A stretch of 58,681 bases of DNA, the filler included, from Vermamoeba vermiformis (lineage: Eukaryota), in assembly GCA_045837725.1 (NCBI GenBank). It is 6 parts of 6 records of this genome, joined end to end, with 100 filler letters (N's around TTAATTAATTAA, not from the genome) between each part and the next. Parts side by side here need not be neighbours in the genome. Positions count along the whole stretch, not along the records: positions 21,302 to 26,153 come from JBEWZL010000290.1; positions 26,254 to 52,203 come from JBEWZL010000297.1; 4 more parts are not named here. One strand, 5' to 3'. How positions within the stretch are numbered: position 1 is the first letter of the stretch; every line of letters starts with the position of its first letter. Below are positions 21,689 to 34,370 of the stretch, piece by piece. Below the pieces are notes generated by a model. The model saw nothing but the letters and a program-made list of their open reading frames with translations, ran no database searches and was not told where the DNA came from. Both the position numbers and the translations under genes were made by a program.

Positions 21689-22996
21689 ATGCCCTTGTTG
21701 CTAGAAGATTATTGGCAAGCGTCGGCAGTGACTTGGCTGTCAGATCGCTACTTTCTTGTAAGAGAAGAAGGATTTACTTACAAGAAGAGACACGAGAACA
21801 AGTTCCAGTCGTTTTTGACGTAAGAGATGATAAAATAATTTCAAAATATTAAATTGATTAATTTTGAAACAATTACAGACGTGTTCGAAAAAAGCTACAA
21901 CTTGGTTGCAAGGTTCTAAACCGAGGTGGATATGAAGTGGTTTTTTTCATGAAGTTTGAAAAGCTTGCTCAGATCCCGAGGAAGCTAACCAGTAAGCTTC
22001 AAAATATTTCGCTGCGCAATCAATATATTAATACGATATGTAGAGCTTCACAGCAAGACCTTTCCCTTCAGTGAGAAGATAGATAAGAAGCTAACGGAGA
22101 AAGAGATCAAGGAACTTCTTGGTCGCGCCCCTCAGCTCCGTTATGTCGGCCCTCTAAGCTTTCTACCAGACTCCTCGTTCAAAGTGAAGCAGGTTACGTT
22201 CTCCCAGCGCCAAGACCCTTGCCCTAATGTGGATGAGACGGTTGCAATGTTCAAAAAATTGCCTCCCTCCGAGCCTCCCTACGTCCCCCAGCTTGGAATT
22301 TACGCTCAACCCTTGCTAGAGTCTACGCCTGTGTTCTATAGTTCTAACCAGTTTGCTGGCCTTGCCCCAGTCCCGAACCACCATTTCGATCCCGGTCCCA
22401 GTGAGCACTCGGGCTACTTGACGTCATCAGCTAGCTACACGTCCTCACCGTATTATCATCGCGACTCCGTTCTCTATGCATGCAATGTCAATTCAATGCA
22501 GCGCGACGTCCTGGCACTGCCTAGTGAGCCACCGGATCCAGCTCCGTACCTCGACACCGAACCGAATTACTGCTCGTCTGGCACCCCTCTGCACGCGCAG
22601 TACATTCCGAAGCAGTCTCGGACGAACAACAATACACCAGCTCCAGGTCTTTACGGCCTTTCTAACATTGAAAGTGACGAGTCCCCTCGTTACTACCCTT
22701 GCCCTTCAGAGGGTGCCTGCTCCGAGTACCTGTCAACAGTTCAGCAGCAGTACACGCCACTGCAGTCCTGGACAGGCACTGACACTCCTCAAGAAGAGCA
22801 ATCTGAGCTCGATGCATATGATGCCGAGTTCAATGACTTGGAGGATGTAGGCCTCCCTAATGCGTGCATTCCGCTCTTGAATGCTACGCACCACATCCCT
22901 CCGATGACCGGCGATATCGTAGCTCCAGCACAGTGGGAGAACGATACTCGTGACGCGTCATGGACTTGCTATGAAGTTCAGCAACGGATACTTTAA
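21689..22996 (+). CDS. Unknown protein, paralog 1: ~130-aa globular N-terminal domain plus Pro/Ser/Tyr-rich acidic tail; 3 coding exons
   Basis: ATG 21689; introns 21820-21878 (phase 2) and ~21992-22043 (phase 1) splice in frame into ORF 22184-22996. Confidence 0.75.
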
Positions 22997-24458
22997 AAAC
23001 AACGCTGAGGCCCAAAGACTCGTAAGTTACTTTTGCCTGTACTCTAATGTCATATCTTTAACGTTGATTTGGTGGCCAGAGCAAAAAAAAAACGACCCAA
23101 CGAAAAGAACCCAAGCTATCAAGCATGCTACACAAACTTCTCGTGTAGCCACTCGTTTTGGCCAACACTTAGTGAACGAGAGGGCGGACGGGAGCAATTT
23201 TATTATATTTTATTCGCTATTCATTTTTAATTATGAAGCTATACCTACTGGGAGAATAAGCGGTATGATAATATGGAATAACGTAATGGTTATTTTTATT
23301 TTAATCTTTTGACTATATATAGGAAAAAAGACAATGATAGAAAATCGTGCTCGAGGTTAAATAAGAAAACTTTTGCAGCATGATTTTGGCTTATTCTCAC
23401 AGTAGTTATCGCTTCATAATTAGATTGCTCCCGTTAGCTTTCTCGTCATTATGTTGCGGTTATCTACGACTGTCACACTCACAATTATGTATTATAAAAA
23501 AATAAAGCTTGTTTTGCAAGCGAAATATTTTACGAAGGCATTTAACATTCGAACCCAATTGCGTTGCAATCTCCCTATCCAGTCTCAGCGGCACTCAGCT
23601 CAACGATACTCCGATGTTGAATCGCCATAAACGCTTCTATGGATACTATACGGCAATTATGTGGTCGCACGGTTTGGTCTTGGCGAGTCAAAGATTATTC
23701 GTCTGCAAAGCAAATAAAATTTGGTCGAAGTAAGTGTTCTTATTGTTCGAACCAAACAATATGATAGACCAAGTCAACGAAGTTCCGCTGAAGAACGTCT
23801 TTTGGCTTGTTGCCTGGTGGGTGTTGTTGATAATCCTATTGGTATTGGTATACACATTCTACGTAAACAAGACTGCTTCGTTCTTTAGTTTGCAGAAACA
23901 CCACTTTCAACCGAAGCTCAAGCAGGAAAAATTGCTCATTACAACTGGCACCTAAATCCAACTTAAGGTTGTTGTATTCGGTATTGTTTTGTAAATAAAA
24001 TTTAGCCCAGTAATTTTCAGAATTTGTTGCTAAAAATATCCCGGGATATTATTTTTCAACAATGCTTTAGCGTCCGTACGCCAACGAGTAGTGAAGAGGT
24101 TGAGATCGATGGTAGGGAAAGGAAATGACAGACGAGAGAGGGTCGTGCTGTGCACGTTTCTCCCGAGGTCGTTGCAACGATATTAGCCATCGTAAACACT
24201 CCTTTTCTTTAAGAACCCGATATCATAATGTAGGGCCCCATGAAGTGAATTACTACGCATTGAAACTCATTAATTAGCATTGGGTTCTGCGCAGTAATTC
24301 AGCGGAGCAAATTGCGAAGAGAAATTTGGTGACATAATGACAGGCAAACATCCGCGGATACTTACGTCTTTTGCAATTGAACCGCATAACGTAATATATA
24401 ATACCACGACAAACAAGACAACTAGGAACATTACTATTGGGAACAAAAGCTACCGTTT

Positions 24459-25416
24459 ATGCAACATCTGTTTACAGAGTCGGCCATGGTCTGGTTGACT
24501 CGCTGGTGCTTCGTTGTTGAAAAGCAAGGATTGATATGTAAAGCGAGATGCGACATTGACCACGACACGTTCAGAAAGAAGTGAGTTTAACAATTGGCAA
24601 TCAAATCTGATTTTAATTTTTAAAATTAGCTACATGAACGTGCGACAAATTGGAGTATTTCTGGTTCATAAACAAGATACGGACGATATTATTTCATTTT
24701 TTGTTCTTAAAAATGGTCGGGCTGATGATCCTGAGGTGCTTGGTAAGATTTTTGACATCTTAATAATAACTCGGTCTAACATTAGTGTAGATCTGCAAGA
24801 AAAAGCAAAACCACCGCTAGAAATTGACTACAAGACTGGTCCTAAGATTTTACACGAGCAATTGTTGCCACATCTAGCCCCTGGCCAGTACGTGGGTCCT
24901 CACTGTTTCAAACAGGAGGGCGAGGCACCGATCCATGCCTTCAACTCCGATCAACGTACAAAGCCCCGAAAGAAGCAGAGCGCTCCTTATACTGCTAAGC
25001 CGTGCAAGGAGAAACGACGTAAAGCCCCGACATCCGTCGACCCCTCTCCGCTCTATGCCTCGTCCTATTTCATACCTATCGACAAGATGGAACTTGCTGT
25101 CCAAGATTTTCAGTCCAAGTACAAGTCTACAGAACTACCAATGTCGCATCATGACCCTCCTTCTTCGGATGCCGTTGTCAACCCCGCTCCTGATCCACCT
25201 CCGCCACCACTACTACTCATGGAACCTCTCGTAACTAGTGGCGATGACATTGTGAGCGAGCCAAGCACTAGCTCGCCCATTTCATCGAACTCTCAACCTG
25301 TCGAACCCCCTGACATAGAGTCCCTTCTCGGTGCTCTTGTTGAGGATGCACTAGCTCTAGACACGGATGGTGACCTACTTGACTACGACGACATTGGAAG
25401 ATACTTTAACATATGA
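24459..25416 (+). CDS. Unknown protein, paralog 2 of the 21689 gene; 3 coding exons
   Basis: ATG 24459; phase-2 and phase-1 introns as in paralog 1; shared motifs SAxxWLxxxxFxVxxxG and YVGPxxF; basic stretch then acidic tail. Confidence 0.75.
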
Positions 25417-26300
25417 CCAATCTAACAAAGCGTAAGTGTTAATTGCTGTCAGGATCCGACAGATCAGTCATTGGTCGTATTTTATCTAACAACTTTATTT
25501 AGTCTCAAACCGAACAACCCAGCAAAACACTTCAGATTACAGAGAATACGTTTTAAACAACTCTGGGTATTGCTGCTAGCGCGAATACTACGGCAGCGCG
25601 ACCTTTTACAGATCCTCCAATTGGGGTCAGTCTTCTGGTTAAGTGAGCCAGAAGACTGACCCCAACTGGACTTTAAGGATCCGTGTACGACCGCGCGCTG
25701 AAGTTACGCACTTACGCCAATCCCCAGCGTTATTTGAACGTATGACGTTGAAAACTGTTTACGCTGCTATTTACGCCAAAAAAAAAGGCCAAAGTGGCGC
25801 AGGTTTCAATGTTTGCTTGTAATCTAATAAATAATTTAACATCTACGTTAAAAATTTCGCCGGCTTGGCTATTATCCGACACTGGCAGAGACACAAGCGA
25901 GCCCAAAATTGGGTTCTAGTGTTCAATAACGATGTTTTTGAAGGTTGATGTGGTTGAATAATCTGTTAGCCGATACTCACGCCTTTAATTCGTAAAAGAA
26001 GACAATAGTACAAGATCTCGTTTGACATTTGGACCACTTTTGGCTGGGTTTCATCCTAATACTATGGTACGTGCGCGCATTTAAGGATTTAAGGATTAAC
26101 ATTCTGCGCAGTAATTTTGCGCAAGGAAAAATCCGTGGATATCGCTGACGAGCNNNNNNNNNNNNNNNNNNNNNNNNNNNNNNNNNNNNNNNNNNNNTTA
26201 ATTAATTAANNNNNNNNNNNNNNNNNNNNNNNNNNNNNNNNNNNNNNNNNNNNCTGACAGCCTCCAAAGATTCACACTAACAAAATCTTCGCTTTTCAGA

Positions 26301-29300
26301 CAGCGACTCAAGTGGTACTAGCTCGACTTGCCAGCCTAGCCCTGTCGGTAAGTCTTCCCAGCGCGGTTGAAGTTTGAAAGCGGATCAGATCTAACAAAGA
26401 TTCTCTTACAGGCAGCGCAAGACTGACTGACTTTACTAACTGGCTCAAACAAAACAACAAAAAGGGTTTCTTGGGCGAGTTCGGTGTCGCTCAGAACTCT
26501 GCTTGCTACACTGCTTTGAGCGAGGCTCTTGCTTACATGCACGCGAACTCCGATGTTTGGTATGACCCAGATCCACGTGTAGTTCATACAAAATGATGTC
26601 TTATGTTATTATATACTAGGGTCGGCTGGACCTATTGGGCTGCTGGTCGTGGATGGCCTGACGATTACATGTTCAACTTGGAACCTTCGAACAACTACCA
26701 GACCGACAAACCTCAATTAGCCTACATGCAGCCTTACTTGAGCGCTAATGCTCCCTTCTCCATTCCTATGGCTCCTTCTGCTCATGTTCCAGTTTCTGCT
26801 GCGCCTCTTCCCGGTGCTTGCACTCCTGAAACAACGAACACGATCTACACGGATTCGCTCGGCGCTGGCTGGGATAACTGGTAATCTATCTCATAATAAC
26901 CTAAGTATTAAATATTAATGGAGTCATTATTATAGGAGTTGGGCTGCTAGCTACAATCTTTCCGATACTTCTCTCAAGAGAAGCGGCACATCCAGTGTTA
27001 GTTTCATTCCTCAAGGCTGGCAAGCCGTTTTCTTCGCTCGCCCTGGCGACACTTTCTCTACATCTACTTATAGTGGCGTTGAGTTCTATATCAACGGAGC
27101 TCCCAATGGAGGTCAACAGATCCGCGTTGGATTCAGACAAGGTGGCAATGAGTACGGATCTCCTACCGTCATTAACATCGGTAGCTTCATTGATGGCGCT
27201 ACTTCTGTTGGCAATGTTTGGCGACGAGTCTACGTGCCATTCTCAGCGATGAACATTGGTCTTGGTGACACTTTGATGGGTGTCACTATCGGCTCTGAAA
27301 CTGACACCGCACAAGCGCGCGTGTATGTTGATGACGTCAGATTGATCTGTGCCGGCACTGCCACGCCCGTTGCTACCCCTGTTGCTACTCCAGTTGCCGC
27401 CCCCGTGAAGCCTCCTACTGCCACTCCTGTCGCAACACCCGTTGCAGCCCCTGTGAAGCCTCCTACCGCTACTCCCGTCGCCGCACCTGTTGCAGCCCCA
27501 GTCAAACCTCCCACCGCCACACCCGTTGCCGTGCCTGTTGCGGCTCCTGTATCACCTCCAGTAGCTCCTCCTGGCTTCGCCTGGACTGGTGTGAACATTG
27601 CTGGTGCAGAGTTTGGTGGATTTTCATTTTGGCCTACGACTCAAGACATGGACTACTTCGCTGGCAAAGGCATGAACATCTTCAGAGTGCCGTTTGAATG
27701 GACTCGATTGCAACCTATCTTGTCTCAACCGTTTGACTCGACCGAAGAAAGCGGCTTGGACACCGTTGTGCAATACGCAACAGTCACCAAGGGAGTTTAC
27801 GTCATCATTGATCCGCACAAGTACGTGCATCCAGAAAAGCACTTACTTTGACTTTTTATTGACCCAAAGTATTGTAGCTACGCTCGTTATGGTGGCTTGA
27901 TTCTCGGTTCAGGTCTTTCCAACGCTCAATTCGCTGATTTATGGACTCGATTGGCCAACAAGTACAAGAGCAACGCCAAAGTCGTAAGTTGAATTAATAT
28001 AACTATACTGACTCCATCTAACTATAACATCGCTATAGTTATTTGGTCTTATGAACGAGCCTCACGATATGCCGAACAAGTAAGTCAAAACTTGCCGTGA
28101 AATATTTGCATTTGACACGTGTCAACTTGTCAATACTTCAGTACCGAAGTGCAATTGTTTAATTCTTGTTCTTAGTGACTGGAAGAACGCCGCTCAAGCA
28201 GCGATCAATGCGATCAGAGCTACTGGTGCCACAAATTACGTCTTGGTCCCCGGCAATGGTTGGACTGGTGCTGCAAGCTGGACCGACAACAGTTACGATC
28301 AAGGTGCTAGCCCGAAGAAATCTAATGCCGAGACTATGCTCACTATTCAAGACTCAAAGAACAAACTCATCTTTGAAGTCCACCAATACTTCGGTAAGTC
28401 GTTCATGAACGATGCGTTGACCGAAGTTTGACTGACACGTGCATTAGACGCTGACTATAGCGGTACCGCTGCCACTTGCCAAGCTCGTCCTATTGGCAAC
28501 TCAACGCTCATTGCGTTCACTAACTGGCTCAGAACCAACAACAAGAAGGGTTTCTTGGGCGAGTTCGGTGGTGGTCAAAACACGAACTGCTACAACGCCT
28601 TGACTGATGCTTTGAAGTACATGAAGGCTAACTCTGACGTCTGGTACGGTCCACAATAGAAAAATAGTCACGTGGTCTAACTGAAATTTCAATAGGGTTG
28701 GCTGGACTGCTTGGGCTGCTGGTGCTGCATGGGGTTCCGATTACGCCCTGAGCTTGCAACCGACGAACAACTATGCCACTGACAAGCCTCAAATGGCTTA
28801 CTTGCTGCAGTACTTGCACACAGCTGGCGCACCAATTTCAGTCCCGATGGCTCCTGTTACGCCTTATGCCGCGCCACCTCTCGTGAGTCCTCCTGTCGCT
28901 ACTTGCACCGTCGGAACTACCAACAGCGTGTTTGCTGATGCTTTGGGAGCCGGTTGGGATAGCTGGTAAGATCGGTTATTATACATATATAATGATATCG
29001 TACTTAAATATGTTATAGGAGCTGGGCTACTGTGCTTAATATGAGCGACTCATCGTTGAAACGAAGTGGCAGCAAATCAATCAGTTTCATTCCTCAAGGC
29101 TGGCAAGCTGTTTATTTTGCCCGCCCTGGCGACACCTTCTCTACATCTACCTATAGTGGTGTTGAGTTCTATATCAACGGTGCTCCTAACGGAGGTCAAC
29201 AGATCCGCGTTGGATTCAGACAAAACTCGAATGAGTTTGGTTATCCGACCACCGTTGAAGTGAATAGTTATATTGCAAACGGTGCTATTAATAATTCTTG

Positions 29301-29501
29301 GAGACGAGTCTACGTGCCATTCTCAGCCATGCAAATTGCTCCTGGCAACAATTTGATGGGCGTTACGATCGGATCTGTAAGTCTTGAACTCTCAATAATT
29401 TCTTCTTAGCGATTGTAACTAATAACTTCCTTATATGATAGTCTACTGATACTGCTCAAGCTCGTGTGTACATCGATGACGTCAAGTTGATCTGTCTGTA
29501 A
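26301..29501 (+). CDS. Multimodular endoglucanase: (partial GH5)-CBM8-like-Pro/Thr linker-GH5-CBM8-like; 5' end truncated by the gap
   Basis: GH5 motifs GVNIAGAEFG, FRVPFEW, IIDPHNY, FGLMNEPH (acid/base), FEVHQYFD, GFLGEFG (nucleophile, twice) and GWTxWAAG (twice). The CBM module WDSWSW...SISFIP...YSGVEFYING...WRRVYVPF resembles the Dictyostelium CelA CBM8. Confidence 0.92.
27355..27572 (+). repeat. Coding repeat: (T/A)PVA / PVKPP linker of the cellulase
   Basis: TATPVATPVAAPVKPP repeated in ORF 27234-27851. Confidence 0.85.
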
Positions 29502-29745
29502 AAGCGAGATCGTGCATTAAAACCGTGAACGAGTTTAAATGTATGTCATATAATTTCGGGTAATTATACTCGTTGATAAATAACGAAGTCGTTGTCAACT
29601 GATACGTTTGAAATACGCAAAAAGGAAATAGGAATTCAAAGAAGAAATATGAGATTTCATTCATTCGAAGTAAAACTCAATAGATACAATCGATGTAATG
29701 CTTTAAAATTAATAGAATTGATTAACAATTGTCAAGTGAACAACA

Positions 29746-30505
29746 ATGGGGGCGACTATGAAAGGAGCGATATTGATGCTTGTGAGCGGAAGCATTTTGT
29801 TGGCGGTGTCTGTGCCATTATTAGTTGTCGGATCATTAAATCAAAATGATTATAGAGAATTTTCAAAGGCTGATTTTACGCGTAAGTAAAGAAACATTGT
29901 AGCTCGAAAACACAATATCTAATTGGATCCGATTTCAGCGACTACTTGTTACACCTACGATTATCGGTTTAAAGATGCTAGAGAATCGTACCTTGACTCT
30001 GACTATTGGCAGCTGATATTAATGGTACTGCGATAACAAAATGAAATTGAGTACTCAATGAATTTTTGACTTTTTAGGTTAATTACACTTCGCCCACGCA
30101 AGAGGTTCTAAAAGGAGAAATACCATTAAATAGTATGTATAATATTCCAATTAATGATTTGATATTGACTCCTTACGGTTAGGTGATCCGTCGAAGGATA
30201 AACTGGTTGAATCCAATCAAGATAAAATTACCGCAGGATTTACTTGCTATTATCATCCTTATAAGAGCCCTTTTCTCGAAAAAGTCGACTTAAAGCAGCT
30301 TGAAAGCTCGTCATTGGCCATGATTATTCTGGGATGTATTTTTGTAGTTGGCGGAGTTATTTTGGTGTTCCTAGGCAACGCGATGAAAAAAGACGTCAGT
30401 TTGGAACGATGGATGCAATATCAACAAAGAAAAAAAGAAGAAGAGGCTGGAATCACTCCTGGCGACCCTGACGAAGTCAAAATGATGAAGTTGCAGAAAA
30501 AATAA
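29746..30505 (+). CDS. Small two-transmembrane protein with extracellular Cys-containing loop (BK-channel beta/TipE-like topology)
   Basis: TM1 (AILMLVSGSILLAVSVPLLVVG), loop with TTC...FTCYYHP, TM2 (AMIILGCIFVVGGVILVFLG); three introns. The family assignment is tentative. Confidence 0.6.
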
Positions 30506-30648
30506 ACCCAAGTGTCAAAGTGCCACAAAGTGTCAAAAATAAAGTATTTTTACTTTCTCGCCTGAACAAGATATTTTGGCTAAAAATAAATTCTGTCAAA
30601 GTGTCAAACGTTGACTGATGTGATTTATTCTATGAAATCGATGTACAA

Positions 30649-32948
30649 TTAAGGAATGAGTCGATGAGGGTCTCTCGGGAACATGCTCGTTCGACGAATA
30701 TTTCCCAAGTTAAGGAAGAACAACACAACGCGCTCTAAGCCAACGCCAAATCCGCCGTGCGGAGGTGCTCCGAATTTAAAGCTTTCCAAATATGGTGCGA
30801 TGCTTGCTGGTTCGATATTATGCTGCAAAACTCGTTCGAGAAGCAGTTGATAAGAATGAACTGCAAAAAAAAATTCATCAGTAACGGATCTCGATTAAAA
30901 AAACATTTTCTATCAGGTACTATAGGTCCTATTATTAATATGATCAATATTTTTACCTCGTTGACTGCCGCTAATAATCTCTTGACCGCGCATAAATACG
31001 TCAAAGGCGTTAGCATATCTTGCATCTTCAGGATTAGGCATCGTATAGAACGGACGAACTTGTAACGGGAACTGATCAACAATGAAGAAATCAGTGCCGT
31101 ACTTCTCTTTCACAATCGTGCCAAGGAGCCGTTCATGAACGGTCATAAAATCGTCCAACTCGCCCACATGGTACTCGTTCAATGGAGATTCGTTGAGCAT
31201 TTGAACGGCCTCTGCGTGAGTAATTCTAATAGGATTATATTGAAATGGTTCAAAAGGGAATTGTTGGCTGACTGCAAATATGAAAGTTAGATCTTGATCT
31301 GGATCTTCAAGGGAAATTTCATGACTTACTAACAGTCAGTTCGTGATGGTACTGCGTATTAAGACCATTGAATATCGTCCCAAATACGTGCTCTAGTACT
31401 TCTAATATTTCGTGGTAATGTTGGTAAATTTGCATTTCCAAATCGAGACCGGTGAATTCCGTCAAATGTCGCATAGTCCTGGCATTTTCAGCGCGAAATA
31501 CTGGACCTATTTCAAACACTCTTTCCATGTCGCCGACGACCGCCATCTGTTTGAAGAATTGCGGAGATTGCGCGAGATACGCGTTTTGTTCAAAATACTT
31601 GACTACAAACACACTCGCGCCACCTTCGGTCGTCGCTGCAACGAGTTTCGGTGAATGAATTTCAGTGAATTCCAGTTCATATAGTGCCTGACGGAACAAC
31701 ATTCCAACTCCAGATTGAATTTTAAAGATGGCGTGGTTCGCTGCAGTCTGTCGAAAAAAATATGACACGTGTCAATTCCAAACATGTCAAAGTGTCAAAA
31801 ATAATATCTTTAGGCTTACTCGTAGATCTATGACTCGGTATTCTAGGCGCAAATCAAGTCCAACTTCGGCGTACTTATTCGCAGTCGCTTTCTGTTCCTG
31901 CAGCTTTGAAATTTCGGCTGTTATTTGAGCTCTACTGGCTACAGCAGCAACTCCTTGCAAAGTTTCCGCAATCATTTGTATTTTCGTTTCAATTTCTTCG
32001 ATTTTGTTTCGTTGCTTTTCTAACACGGAAAACGGCCTTTAATAAAACAAACGTCAATTTTTGGATCCGCCAAAAAATTCAGTAGGATCCGCACCTTGAA
32101 AGATCTTCATATAGAATAGGTAATTGCTCCGATTTGGATATTATGAATACTTTTTGAATACTAAGTTCAATCGATTGTTGTGTTGCTCCTCTAACTTTAG
32201 CGGATCTGATAACACCAGTCACTTCGACAATTGACTCAGGCGGAATCCTATATTAACATTAATTATCAATATCACATATATAACCTGTGAATTAGTATTT
32301 ACTTTGCTACGAGCTTCACCATCTCTCGTGGAACTTGGATCGGTTCTTCAGCGGCTTCAATCATCGCTTGAATTGAATACATATTTTGTCGTAACATCAG
32401 AAAACATAGATTGTTGCCTAAAAAGGAAATTATAAGTATTATTGAGCAAACTGAGATAAGGCAAGCGAGGAAAAAAATACTTACTGACTAACTGTAAGCT
32501 TTGAAGTCTTGCTCGTATTAATACGGTTTGACCGATATTTGTTTCGGACAAGTCCTTAATATTAGTGAATTTTTTCTCTTCCGATTCGCTTTGGGGCTTC
32601 TTTTCAACGAGAGGCGCAACGCCAAAAAGGTGCGGGTAAGTTGCATACAATTCATTCAGCTTCTAATTAATATTATTAAATTACCGTATTATAATAGTAA
32701 TATTAATTGCGTACTTGCTCCTCTTGCTCCTTGAGTCTTCGCGCCTGAAATTTTTTTATTAATTAAACAAATTAATTTATTTTGGTAACTCATACCTTTT
32801 CTTCTCTTTCTTGCATTCGTTGTATTTTTTGCAATTGTCTGGTAATTTTAGGTTATTTTCAAGTTTAATTTAGCGGTACTTACTTGGTAGACTGATTTTG
32901 AGGGGTTTGCCCCTCTTGAGGCTCTTCATTGGATGGATTATGTTCCAT
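30649..32948 (-). CDS. DARS: Cytoplasmic aspartyl-tRNA synthetase
   Basis: OB-fold ([10 protein letters not shown]), [77 protein letters not shown]. Confidence 0.96.
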
Positions 32949-33240
32949 AGTGATTTATCCGAGTAATTTGACTGCTTAGCTAGCTCATTTTATTAAATGA
33001 GTTGTGTTCTGCAGAATTTATCAGATCCATAATACAGGATCCTCGAGTTTCCCGGATTTTTCGCGGCCCAGTGCATTACATGAGTCATGTTTATGTTGCA
33101 CTTTACAACCTATTTCACGTTTCGAATTAGAAACAAGATCCGTCCAGAAATACAATCTCCCGCAATCTCCAATTCTCTTTTCGTCGCACAGTATTACCGG
33201 GGCTGAAATCGGCGAATTAGTTTAATTATCTTGTTAAAAC

Positions 33241-34312
33241 ATGAAGTTAAACACGTCTCTTATCGCTGTACTGATCACTTTGACAGTTCTCGGGCAAGGT
33301 ACACCATCCGTTTACGGAGATCACCTTCATTGCGCATGTTAATGGGTCCTATTATTAATTCGTATTTAACAGTTCGTTTGGAAACTTGCAACTCAGGCGA
33401 TTTCATCGTTTCAAATGGAATCAAAGAGTATTTGCGCATCAACGACAACGGCGTTTATGGATGCAATCAGAAAAATATGTGCGATATGCTGCAACTGCTT
33501 TCATTATCAAGTGACGGAGTTACGCTCTCTATATCTAATGGAAATTTTGTAAACCTTCCAGATAGCAGCAATACAAACGAGATCCAAAATTTGGCGCTGT
33601 CGAGCGAAGGAATCCTTTCGCTCACGCAGGCTAACTCCGTCCAGCTGCCTGATGCAAGCAGTCAAAATGAATTGCAACAATTATCCTTGAAGAACGGAGA
33701 GCTATCAATCAGTTCGGGAAATTCCGTCGAATTGCCAGATGCGAGCGCAACGAATGAAATTCAATCCCTGGATCTATCCGGATCTACATTGACCATCAGT
33801 TCTAGCAATTCAGTTGACTTGAGGGATAGAACTCATTACGTATTTACCCTCACTACGCCTAGTTGGTCCACACCTGGTACTTGGAAGCAATTTCAATTTT
33901 CTACTATTGAATCCAACTCATTCGGAAGCTCCGCTCTAAATTTAAGTAAGCCAACCTTTCTTTAAATATAGATAACTTACTCGGTAATTTAGCTACATTT
34001 ACGGCACCATTCGACGGATGGTACAGGTTCACATTCACGTCATGCTTGTCGCTATCAACCTCCAGCGACGGAAGAACTTGGGTCTCGTTCAGACTTGCTG
34101 GCGTAGAATCTTCTGCATCCCCTGCACTACACGGGGGTACCTATATACCCGACACCGGTAATTTTCGTGCCGTAACTGCAACGCTTACTCGTCGCGTTAG
34201 TGCTGGTCAGAGCGTAGACGTGTATGTCTATACTCCCGTTGCTGGTACATTTGGCGTATCTAGTTTTGATTATGCTAAAGTTATCTGGACCGGAGAATAT
34301 ATGGGCAAATAA
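33241..34312 (+). CDS. Secreted NEIQ-repeat protein with C-terminal C1q/TNF-like domain; 3 exons
   Basis: Signal peptide MKLNTSLIAVLITLTVLG; introns 33299-33372 and ~33946-33992; LPDxSxxNE(I/L)QxLxL repeats; FTAPFDGWYRFTF...VSAGQSVDVYV...WTG. Confidence 0.85.
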
Positions 34313-34370
34313 TCGCTAAATAAACTATCTTTTCTGCGAAGTACCTGTTTATATTTCGAAACCCAATGAA

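Noticed and set aside
23335-23955. Small membrane-protein ORFs between the tandem paralogs
   Set aside because: Short, interrupted by stops, with no recognisable motif or coherent splice model.
27230-27598. Gly/Ala/Thr-rich minus-strand ORF and similar antisense ORFs elsewhere
   Set aside because: Antisense shadows of real genes on the opposite strand.
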